DNA of 64,000 nucleotides from Octopus sinensis (lineage: Eukaryota): positions 45,136,001-45,200,000 of the forward strand of contig NC_043005.1 in the NCBI RefSeq assembly GCF_006345805.1, in the 5' to 3' direction. Below the pieces are notes generated by a model. It made no database searches. It worked only from the letters and a program-made list of their open reading frames with translations, and was not told the DNA's origin. How positions within the stretch are numbered: the stretch's first letter is position 1; each line of letters opens with the position of its first letter. This document shows, in pieces, positions 52,193 to 63,270 of the stretch. A program made the position numbers and the translations under genes.

Positions 52193-52260
52193 CATGCTGA
52201 TGAGAATGTGGATAGCAAATTATTTTATTTGTTCATTGATGTTCGAAACCTAGGTGCATG
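52193..52260 (+). ncRNA. Type I hammerhead with non-cleavable GUG triplet
   Basis: CAUG CUGAUGA GAAU..agcaaau-uauuuu-auuuguu..GUUC GAAAC CUAG GUG CAUG; intact core and palindromic stem III. Confidence 0.7.
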
Positions 52261-52404
52261 TGGTAACTATTGAAAATGTTTTTAATTTTCATCCCCTTCA
52301 AAATTACTCTTAACCGTGGTTTGGGTTTTTACTGCTCCTTTTAGCATGTAAGGTGTCCTGTTAGAGTCACCGCTTTTGTATTTAAATGTACACTAATTTT
52401 ATAA

Positions 52405-52439
<35 letters not shown>

Positions 52440-52509
52440 TGTATATGTGTATATATATATATATTATATTATGTACATATATTAATTGAAATGTGTAGTA
52501 TCATGTCTC

Positions 52510-52730
52510 TATTATAGCCAATCTTGCCAATCAGTTTCACACAGAGAGTTGAACAGAGTGTTAGGTAACAGTTCAGTTATGTAACCCTGCACACTTCAGG
52601 GATGGCACCATAACTTCCATCTTCGAAGAGCACTGAAGCACAGGGTTGCATAATCTGACTGTTACCTAACACTCTGTTGAACCTCCAGTGTGAAACCAAT
52701 TGGCAAGATCAACCATAATGGATATATAAT
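52510..52730. mobile_element. Foldback MITE with about 90-bp arms
   Basis: cttgccaat..tttcacac..gttgaacagagtgttaggtaacagt.cagttatgtaaccctg pairs with cagggttgcataatctgactgttacctaacactctgttgaac..gtgtgaaa..attggcaag. Confidence 0.8.
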
Positions 52731-52820
52731 ATTAACATATCCACTCTACTGACAAATATATGAGTGCATTTTTTTCTGATTTATGGATTCTTAGATGGCT
52801 ATATATATATATATATATAT

Positions 52821-53197
52821 ACATATAATATAAAATCTGTTCTGTCTGTCTTGAGGATCTCAGGCATCCTCCATCTGATTGCGCTCAAATTTGATATGTA
52901 GATACCGATGGTATCAGGGCATATATAAGTTTTGAAAAAATTACAAAAATCGATTCCAGGTGAGAATGCAATCGATAAAGCCGTGGGAACGTGCATTTGT
53001 ACGTGCAAGTACATCAGCTGTTGCGATTGATACTACGCGTACATGAAAAAATGCATGTGCAGTTTGCGCAAAAAAAGCCAGCTGGCTTGAAATAATGCCG
53101 CAAAATGGGACAATCAGAGAAAGTTGTTTTGAGAAAATTTGGTTTAAATGTTTGACAACTCAGCACCGTCCATTGGACCTGGGGTGTTGTTTGCTTG
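52821..53197 (+). mobile_element. Probable non-autonomous Helitron variant
   Basis: 5' tataatataaaatctgttctgtctgtc; 3' hairpin cagcacc-gtcca-t-tggac-..-ggtgttg, then tttgCTTG|t. Confidence 0.5.
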
Positions 53198-53233
53198 TAC
53201 ATATATATATATATATATAAATATATATATATA

Positions 53234-53265
<32 letters not shown>

Positions 53266-53266
<1 letters not shown>

Positions 53267-53478
53267 GTTAGAAGGTTTGGAGATGATGTACAGGTATTTT
53301 ATATTAGAAGAAATGAGGTACTCAGAAATTCGGATGGTTTTATATTTACAGATATTTATTTGTATCTTACATGTTTTTATACATCATATATCATATATCA
53401 TATATTAGTGCTTTCGCCCTTTCTAGTGGAGTTTTCAAATTGAACTCTCTCTCTCTCTATATATAATATATATATATA

Positions 53479-53511
<33 letters not shown>

Positions 53512-53686
53512 GTTAGAAGGTTTGGAGATGATGTACAGGTATTTTATATTAGAAGAAATGAGGGACTCAGAAATTCGGATGGTTTTATATTTACAGATAT
53601 TTATTTGTATCTTACATGTTTTTATACATCATATATCATATATATATTAGTGCTTTCGCCCTTTCTAGTGGAGTTTTCAAATTGAA

Positions 53687-53700
<14 letters not shown>
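53266..53700. repeat. Tandem duplication with 245-bp period inside (TA)n
   Basis: tgttagaaggtttggagatgatgtacagg...gttttcaaattgaact(ct)n at 53266 and 53511; one substitution and one small indel seen. Confidence 0.92.
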
Positions 53701-53724
<24 letters not shown>

Positions 53725-55164
53725 TAATGTTTGTTCTTATATTTAGTTATGATAAAAGCAATTATGCTGCTTAGCAAAATAGACTGATAGAACAAGTATC
53801 AGGTTTAAAAGGAATGAGAAGTACAGGGGTCAAGTCATTCGACTAAAAATTCTTCGAAGTGGTGCCCCAGCTAGACTGCAATCTAGTGACTGAAACAAGT
53901 AAAAAACAAAAGATGCAATTCAAAGAAGCTGTGACTGCTATTTCTAGCCGGTTGAGAAACCATCTCATAGCTCCATCTGTTGGTTCCTAAGATTTTTAGG
54001 TAAATGAGACTGTTGTTGTTATTGTTGTTGTGGTTGTTGTTGTGATTGTTGTTGTTGCTGTTGCTGTTGTTGTTTTACTGCAGGTCAACCTTGATTGATC
54101 AAAAGCATTCCGATAGTGAGCAAACCATCTTTTTATGAGTATCTCAGAGTATATTATTTTCATGTGTTCTTCATTCAAAACAGTGGAGTTTGATTTGAGG
54201 AAGATTTGGTTTCTATTTCTAGTTTGTTTTGAACAACCACATGAAGGCTCTGTCATGTGTTGGTATTGTTAATGTTTTTAACCCCAGGTCAGCCCAGATC
54301 AAAGAAACCTATGATCAAAGAGATTCCAGCCATGACCATCCCATCTTTTTTGATAAATAGGAAATGTGTTCTTTTGCTTAAGGTAGAAGTGTGTAATTTG
54401 AAAAATATTTGGGTACTCTTTCTAGCAGGTCTAGCACCCACATAGCAACTCCTACTTTGGCTCACATTTATTGTTATTGATGGTGGTAGTGTTGGGTGGT
54501 GGTGGCTGTGGTGGTGGTGGTGCTGCCACTGCTAGTAGTTGTGGTTGTGGATGATGGTGGTGGTGGTGGTAGTAATGACAGCAGTCTTAGTGATGTTAGC
54601 ATTGGTGTTGGAACTGATGGCAGTGGCAGTGGCAGCGGTAGCAGCAATGATGGTAGTGGAGAAGGGGTGAAGTGGTAGTGGTGGTGGTGGTGGTGTTGAA
54701 GTGGTGGTATTGAAGTGGTGGTGTGCAGACTATTAAAGTTCTTACCAAGATTATGACCTAATGGAATATTTATGAAGCCAAACAAACTACTAAAGGTATT
54801 ATCCACAGAGTGGTATAAGAGGAAAACTTCAAGGGCAGCGGCGGCAATGAAGCGTGGAGGAAAGGTGGGAGCAGGGGGTTAGGTGGTAGGCTTGGTTGGT
54901 TGGCTGGTTGGATGGTTGGTTGGTTGGTTGGTTGGGTGGAAGGTGAGGGCAAGAGTATAGAAGAAAGAAGAGGCGGGGAGGAGGCGGAGGTGGAGGAGGA
55001 GGAGGAGGAGGAGGAGAAAAAAGTGTTGTTTGTATTGAGAGAGGCTTTTATTATGTCTGTCCCAAAGTTCATACAGCAAATAATAGTGTTACAAACTCAA
55101 AACTAACATGAAATGATAAGAACAAAGGGAAGTTGAGAAAGGGAAAGCGAGAGAGAGAAAGAGA

Positions 55165-55208
<44 letters not shown>

Positions 55209-55614
55209 CTGAGGTAGGGAGTGGGAGGAAGGAGAAGAGAAGGAGAGAGAAGGGGGTGGAGAGAAAGAAGTATGTGTATGTGAGCTTGTCTTTGTGCTCG
55301 TGCATGTGTGCATGCGTATGTATGCATGTGTGCGTGCATGTGTGCGTGCATGTGTGTGTGTATATGTGGGGGGGGGGGGGGTGCAGAATGTGAAAGTAAG
55401 GGGGTCAGCCAGGAGAAAGTGGAAAAGAAGAGAAAAGGAGTAGGGAGTGGGTGAGAGAATTAAATTGAATACAAAGAGGTTAGACATAAGATCCATACAT
55501 ATATTAATATACACACACACACATGCATATATATGCATTATACATGCATACACACACACATATATGTATGTGTAATATACATATATATATATATATATAG
55601 ATATATATATTATA

Positions 55615-55649
<35 letters not shown>

Positions 55650-55832
55650 GTGTTTGTGTGTGTGTATATATATATATATATAAACACATACATACATACA
55701 TACATAGATGATAGATAGATGATAGATAGATAGAAGATAGATAGATAGATAGATGGATAGATGTATACACATATTATATATAAGTCTATGCATATGTGTA
55801 CATGCATGTATATATGGATATATGTATATATA

Positions 55833-55863
<31 letters not shown>

Positions 55864-55946
55864 TGAGAGAGAGAGAGGGAGAGAAGGGTGTAGTTATAGA
55901 CATATATGTGTGTGTGTATATACATGGATATGGATGTGGATATATA

Positions 55947-55979
<33 letters not shown>

Positions 55980-56177
55980 ATGCTTATATAAATGCCTATG
56001 TATGTATATATATATAAATAGATGAGTATGCATTCATCAGCACACATATATTTCATATATACATATAAGCATATAAATAGGGGAGGAACTTAGCTGTATA
56101 TAGTATGTTTGTACAGAAATATATATACATACACACACACACAAACACACACAAACACATATTCATATATATGTGTG

Positions 56178-56213
<36 letters not shown>

Positions 56214-57598
56214 AAGGATGATGATATATTTACATACATACACATAGAGGCATATATACATACATGCATGTATATATATGCATTGATGTGTATATATATG
56301 TATATATATACATGTATATATATATCTATATATGTATGTGTATATATATGTATATGTATATATACATATAAATATATATATATATACACATACACACGAA
56401 CACACATATACATGTGTGTTTGCATGTACATATTTATGCACACACACACACACACACACATGCACATGAATATAAAGTTACGTACCGACTTAACAACCTA
56501 CATATTCTGCATACAAATGCATACTCATGTACACACGCGCACACACACGCACACATTCACACACACGCACACACACACACACACACACACAAACACAATC
56601 CTACAAACACTCAAACACACCAACACGCAGACATAGACACATCCGCCTAACTTAAATACAGAAAGTATGTTTTGAAAGAAGAAAATAAAAAAGGCAGGGA
56701 AAAGGGTTAGATAAGACAAGAATAGAGAATATCAGTAGCAAAGGCAGGATATTAGTGATGCTGATAAACTATATTGTTTACAAAAAGCAACAATCAAATC
56801 AGATTATGATAGAGTAGCTAGGTCATGCTTCAAAGAGAAAGCTACAAATGGCTAAAGTTGATGATAAATAAACTTTGATATCATTTGAAACCTGATCCAG
56901 TATTTAAGTATATATTAGTTTGATCTTCTTGTCATCATCATCTTAACGAAACTTTTCACAGAACTTTAATAGGTAATTTTTAAGCGAAAGGTGTTGATTT
57001 TGTTGCCGTTGTTGTTGTTGTTGTTATTTTTGCTGCTGTTGATGCAGTAGTTCTTGTTGTTGCTTTATGGTGGTGGTGGTGATGGTGGTGGTGGTGGTGG
57101 CGGCAGCAGCAGCAGCAGGAGCAGCAGCAGTGGAGGTGGTAGCAGCAATGGCAGTAGTAGTGGTGGTGGTGTGGTGGCAGTTGTAGTGGTGGTGGCGGTG
57201 TTGGTGTTGTTGGTGGTGCTTATGACGATGATGATGATGATGATGATGTTGATGATGGTTATGATGATGATGATGATGATGATGATGAAGTTTAGGAGGA
57301 TGAGATCTACATTTTTGTTTTTTATTCTATCTTATTCTCACTAACCAATGGTCAGGTTTGAGATCAAGCGAACTTTTTATAGCGTAAAAGTAACTGATTC
57401 AATTACTCAGGGGCTATCCAAAGGTCCAGCAATCATCAATGCAGACAAACATCTACTGTTGGATCATATTTACCTAATATTTATATAATTGCATGCATAA
57501 TATGGAAAACTCAGCAATTACCAGCACTTACTAATGCACAGAAACAATTGTAGTAGTTTGGATCAAAGCCTGTTCATTCCATCTTTGTGTATTAAAAA

Positions 57599-57647
<49 letters not shown>

Positions 57648-57667
57648 GTAAGTATGTACATATATAT

Positions 57668-57850
57668 ATCACCGTGACCGACCAGGCTATCAAATGTTGT
57701 TACACATCGCTGGTCACAATGCGCTTCGCATTGTTTTAGCCTTCAAATGACGCCACCCCGCTGGCTAAGCAAGCAGGCCAACAGTAGAAAGAGTGAGAGA
57801 AAGTTGTGGTGAAAGAGTACAGCAGGAATTGCCACCACCACCCTGCTGGA
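57668..57850. mobile_element. Unclassified GC-richer insert between (TA)n tracts
   Basis: caccgtgaccgaccaggctatc...ccctgctgga is flanked on both sides by TA repeats; terminal gtgacc..ggtcac pairing. Confidence 0.4.
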
Positions 57851-58505
57851 TATATATATATATATATCTACATTACATATGTACATATATACACATATAC
57901 ATATGTATGTGTGTGTGCACGCATGTGTATACTTGCTTTGAAATGGTGAATCTCGAAGCAGAGAAAACTATAGATTGCAGCATATAAGTGTTGGGTTGAA
58001 AAAATCGTTTTCAGACAACAAAACCCCAAGGCAACCCATGGGAGTCAAACCCACAGCATCTCTGTCAAATGAATAGAGGCATTCAAAGGATTGCTCTGTT
58101 CCAATGTTAGAACATCTGTCCTGGAAGCAGGAAACATGGGTTTCAGTTGCACCATCAGCCTTCAACTTTTTCTATCCAAAGGTATTTTTAAGTTGAATAT
58201 TTACATATTATTTACAGCTTTATTTTTCCACTGAGGTCAACTTTGCTCTTCGTGGTTTCAGGGGTCAATAAAATAAGTACCAGTTGAATACTGGGGTTAA
58301 TGTAATCAACTCTCCCTCTCTCCCAAAAACGGATGGCGTTGTGCCAAAATTTGAAACCATTATTAATAGCTTTATTTGTTCTGAGATACACTGCTCCACA
58401 AGCAAATTATTTTTCATTCTCAAAGTTTTTAAATTCTTACTACATCAGAAGTGTGTGTGTGTGCATGAGTGTGTGTATACACATATGTATATACATGTGT
58501 GTGTG

Positions 58506-58547
<42 letters not shown>

Positions 58548-58808
58548 TGTATATATATATAAATATATATGTACATGTGAGTGTATATATATGTATATCA
58601 TCATCATCATCATCATCATCATCATCGTTTAACGTCCGCTTTCCATGCTAGCATGAGTTGGACGATTTGACTGAGAACTAAATATATACATATATAAATA
58701 TGTGTGTGTGTGTGCCTGTGTGTATATATATATATATATGCACACATATATTTATATATATACACACACCACACACACACATATATATACATATATATAC
58801 ACACACAT

Positions 58809-58861
<53 letters not shown>

Positions 58862-59220
58862 TAACTTTCTTTATTAGTCTCACAGGGCCAAACACAGTGG
58901 GGACAAAATACAATGTAGAGCTTTTCTTTTTGAAAGAAAAAGAAAAGGAGAAAATAGATTTCCGATCAAAGGGGGTCATGTTAAAAAAGAGAAAAAACAA
59001 TCAAAATGGATCGTGTATCACAGAAAAGAGTAAAATTGTAAAAAAAAAACCAGATTAGGTTTATCTGTGGAAAGAAAAGCCTACAAAAAAGACCACTGTA
59101 ACTTCAGGCAGGGAGGGAAAAACCACACGAGAGCAAAGTGCTCTCTCTTTTTTTGATTTACAGGATCATGCTCAAAGTGGTTTCCTCATTCGCACATACC
59201 ATCTTTGCTACGTTCACCCA

Positions 59221-60030
59221 CTATTTATTGAATCTTTCATGAGACAAAACTTGCCTTTCTATTCTCACCTTCCTTTTCAAGTGGTACTTGAAAAAGTTGA
59301 TGAGTGATTGGCCAGAGAGGAAAGTGCTTGTTTCTAGGCCTTTCACTCGAGTCCACCACACACATTCTTCCACCATGGCCACCAGTTCGATGAAGACTGC
59401 CTTGCCTTCCCAGTTAAGGGAAGGTGGCCGAGCAATTTTCAGGATAGACTCAGCAGACAACTGAATTTGTCCCATGTATGACAGCAGCTGTTTGGCATAA
59501 GCCCACAGGTCTGAAATGGTTGGACACTGCACAAGTGCATGCAGAATGGTTTCGTCACTCTGACCGCATCTCGAGCAAATCGGTCTGGTGCATCTCAAAC
59601 TGTGCCTGTAGAGCTTATCCTGAATAGGCAATGCTTCTCAATAGCACTGCCAGGCCAGGGATCTCTGGTGATTCTCTATAGGTCCCAGCCCGAAAGTTGT
59701 CCTGAACAGGTGGGTCAAGTGTTCTCTGTCAATGCCCAGATTCTCCCTGAGAATGGTATCGCACCTCCCCTCCAGTAATCCTCTATAGAATGCCTTTGTG
59801 CAATTGAAGTCGCACAAGTTTGGGCCCAGACAGTAGAGTTGCTTGAGAGCAAGGTGGCACCTGCCTCGGTCTCTGTCTGATCCATGACTGCAGTTCAGCC
59901 AAAGAGACGAGCTGCAGGAAAGCACATCTCACAAGCGGCAACTGCACACCTGTTCACCATCGTCTATGATGCACCAGAGATGTCACAGTCTCAGCGTATG
60001 TCTACGTATCATCAACCACAGCATGCGGGT
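59221..60030 (-). pseudogene. LINE ORF2 C-terminal (zf-RVT-like) fragment
   Basis: ORFs 59638-59925 and 59221-59631: HQRSLAWQCY*..LPIQDKLYRH..CSRCGQSDETILHALVQC..WWTRVKG. Confidence 0.85.
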
Positions 60031-60149
60031 AGAGAATTTCAGTGTGTTCTGTGTGTTTTGTGTCATGTATATGATTTTAAAGTGTTGTGGTGGTGTTGTG
60101 CATGTGTGATTATTTGTTTTGGTATCGTTTTCTACTATGTTGGTGTTGA

Positions 60150-61679
60150 CTAAATGTATTCCATTAGGCCTGGATTGTTAGTGTTTATAGCTGTTAACAT
60201 TGTTGGGGCATTTGGTGTTAGTGTGTTTGTATTAATACTTTTGTTTTCTGCGGGTGTTTTGGTTTCGGTGGGGGGGGTGAACCTTCCTGCTTTGTTTGTC
60301 TGCTTCTCTATTCTTTTTTTCCCCTTTTTCTCCTTCCTCCTGTGACCACTTGCCAATTCTCTCTGTTGTTTTCATCTGACAACATGTCAGAGGAATCAGA
60401 AGGTTGGAGGGGAAGGGTATTGAGGTCTATTTCTGAGTGTGTTGATTTTGTTGTTGGTGTTGGTGCTGGTTGGTAACAGTTGGGATGTGGTGTATGGGTT
60501 TTTTGGGGGTGGGGTATGAGTCCTTTTGGTTTTCTCTTCTTCTGGAATTGTTGTTGTTGTTGGTGGTGATGGTGTTGTTTCTGTTCTTGGTGGTGTTGAT
60601 GGTAGTGTCGTTTGGTTGGGCTGGCTTGTTGGTTGCTGATGTTCCTTCATTTGCTTGTAGAACTGTTTTATCAGTTGTGCATATAGCGGGGTGGGTAGCA
60701 GTGCAGGTTTTTTCCCTGGTTTTTGGTTTTCTTGTTGTTGTTGTTGTTCTTCTTCTTTTTCTTGATCTTGTTGTTATCATTGTTGCTGCTGTTGTTTCTG
60801 TGTTAGTGGGCAATTGATTTTCAGGTGTGATTTGCTCCCACAAACATAGCAACATGGTTTTCTGCCTTCAATGGCCACATGCATATTCGAACCATCTGCC
60901 AGTTTGATTAGATGTGGAATCCTTTCAGTGTTGATTGGATCAATTTGAGCAAGGATTTCTACTCCTTGACCAATCCAATTTTGCTGGTCTAGGACAGCGA
61001 TTTCCAAGATATAGATTGCCTCCTTGGTATCATAACAAATGGTAGACACAACCATTTTATTTCTATCTCAGGGAGCACATCTTTGATTTTTATTTTTGTG
61101 ACCCTACGACTAAGGTATGTAGGGATCATCATTAAGTTTTCGTATCCAAAAGACTTTGTGGAGCGATCCTTGGCTTGTTCTTCACTGTGAAACTAACTTT
61201 GATCGTGACTATTTTTTCCCTTTGGTGATGTAGTCTTTAAAGGCCCATATGGCCTTGAACATTTTTCAGCTGTTCCTTGGGTGGCAGATTCATAAAGATT
61301 TGTTTTTAGGTTGAGTGTCTTGTAAATAATTGTTTCTTTTTTTAAGTTTCTTCTGTGACTTTTTGTGATGTTTGCAGATGTATGATGTGCTCGTCTTTTT
61401 TAAACATTGCCTTGCAAGCAGCGGTTCTTCCATTGAAAAGGACATAATTCTTTTCTTCAGTTTTAGAGCTGTGGCAAACTTGCTTTGAGTGTTCATGCTG
61501 GTTGTGGTGGTGATGGCGGTAGTGGCAGTGGAGGCAGTGTTTATAGTACTAAACGTCTTTACTTCTTTGTTTGTCTCTTCTAAGGCCAGACTGGTGATTT
61601 TCTGTGTGTGATCAAGCGGAATGACTTTCTTTTCTGGTAGAGGTGAGAAGTTGATGGCTTCCTGGTTTGATTTAGCCAT
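60150..61679 (-). pseudogene. LINE ORF1 (gag-like, CCHC knuckle, Q/T-rich tail), frameshifted
   Basis: Starts MAKSNQEAINF at 61679; CX2CX4HX4C near 60850; low-complexity C-terminus. Confidence 0.75.
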
Positions 61680-62094
61680 TTTTGTTTAGAAGATGGCAAA
61701 GGAAACTGAAGAAATATTTTTTAATTTTGAAAATTCAACCACAGTGGAGGAATTTCCTATTAAAAAGTTACTGAGGCTGAAGGAGATGTTAAACATCTAT
61801 TTCACCAAAAGTATTCAACAACGAAACATTTTTCTACACAAAAAAAGCCAACTTACTTGGAGCTGATCTGTCTACAGTCCATTCACATCAGAGATAGATA
61901 GATAGATATCGATATAGATATATATATATACATATACATATATATTTTTTTTCTTTTAGGCATGATATATTGAAAATACCAGCATGTTCTAATTTTATTT
62001 TTATTTTTTGTTTTTTATTTTCATATTTGTATATCAGACCCTTTAGTTTCATCTGAAATTATGAAGTTCCCAAATTCATTTCTGACATTTCCAG

Positions 62095-62164
62095 GTTACT
62101 TCAGCCTCTTCTTTAGGATGCTGAGTGATGTTGATTTTTGCGCAGCTCTTTTGACAATAGTCAG
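62095..62164 (+). CDS. Candidate internal exon of an unidentified host gene
   Basis: ttcatttctgacatttccag|G ... CAG|gtaagc, both strong sites; 70 nt, single open frame YFSLFFRMLSDVDFCAALLTIV. Confidence 0.3.
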
Positions 62165-62229
62165 GTAAGCTTTTTGTTGTGTGCCATTTAGTATTGGGCT
62201 CAAAATGCAATATGACTGTTCCCTGAGAA

Positions 62230-63270
62230 AAATCAAAAAAGAATGAAGGGAAGGGGAGTAATGGCACGGAGGGGGAGGAGGGAAAAGGGATGGAGGAGGA
62301 GGAAAAGGTGGAAAGGGAGAGGAAGAGAGGGAAAGATGGGAGCAGGGTGGAGCAGAGGAAGGAGCAGAAGAGGAAGTGGAAGAGGAGGGGGGAGGGAGGA
62401 AGTAGGGGAGGAGAGGGAGGAAGTAGAGGAGGAGAGTATGAGGGGAGGGGGAAGAAGTGGAGAGGAGCGGAAGGAGTAGAGGAGGAAGTAGAGGAGGAGG
62501 AGATGGAGAGGGGGGAGAGGAGGAGGAGTTGAAAAGGAGAGGAGGGGAGGTGGTGGAGGAGGAGGTGGTGGTGGAGGAGGAGTAGAGGGGAGATGACGGA
62601 GGGGGAGGGGAGGGGAGGGGAGGGGGAAGATGAGAGGAGGAGGAGAGGGGAGGAGAGGAGAGGAGAGGAGGAGGTGGAGAGGAGGAGGAGAGAGGACGGG
62701 AGGATGGGAGGGGAGGAGGTGGAGAGGTGAGAAGGAGGTGGAGAGGAGAGGAGAAAGGAGGAGGAGGAGGAGGAGGTGGAGAGGAGGAGGAGGGGAGGAG
62801 GAGAGGAGAGGAGGAGGAGAGGGGAGGAGAGAGGAGGAGGGGGATATGAGGAGGAGGAGGAGGAAAGGAGAGGAGAGGAGGGGAGGAGGAGGAGGAGGAG
62901 GTGGAGATGAGGAGGAGGAGGTGGAGAGGAGAGGAGGAGGAGGTGGAGAGGAGAGGAGGAGGAGGAGGTGGAGAGGAGAGGAGGAGGTGGAGAGGAGGAG
63001 GAGGAGGTGGAGAGGAGAGAGGAGGAGGTGGAGAGGAGAGGAGGAGGTGGAGAGGGGAGAGGAGGAGGAGGAGAGAGAGGAGGTGGAGAGGAGAGGAGGA
63101 GGGGAGGAGGAGACGGTGGTGGAGGAGGAGGAGGAGGAGAAGGAGAAGGAGGCGGTGGTGGAAGAGGTGAGGAGGAGGTGGCGAAGAGGAGGAGGAGGAG
63201 GTGGAGAGGAGAAGGAGGATGCGGTGGTGGAGGAGCAGGGTGGAGCAGAGGAGGAGGAGGAAGGTGGGGG
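62230..63270. repeat. About 1-kb homopurine (GGA/GAGGAGA) degenerate satellite
   Basis: Almost exclusively G/A on plus, with a recurrent gaggaggaggtggagaggaga unit. Confidence 0.95.

Larger units (their letters stand above)
51541..52410. mobile_element. Diverged inverted pair of hammerhead-bearing repeats (about 51541-51800 minus, about 52130-52410 plus)
   Basis: tataaaaattagtgtacatttaaa...caaaccacagttaag at 51541 is the reverse complement of 52290-52405 at roughly 75% identity; each arm carries a decayed hammerhead. Confidence 0.75.
58861..61890 (-). mobile_element. Tx1/L1-clade LINE derivative: ORF1 plus ORF2 C-terminus, with endonuclease and RT deleted; inserted in (GATA)n
   Basis: ORF1 zinc knuckle CYVCGSKSHLKINC; ORF2 C-terminal CSRCGQSDETILHALVQC; AATAAA near the 3' end; atag/gata repeats on both flanks. 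Confidence 0.85.

Noticed and set aside
62076-62205. Minus-strand exon alternative (strong acceptor tttttctcag, frames GTVILHFEPN... or EQSYCILSP...)
   Set aside because: Poor donor, and it overlaps the plus-strand candidate with two strong sites; unresolved without RNA data
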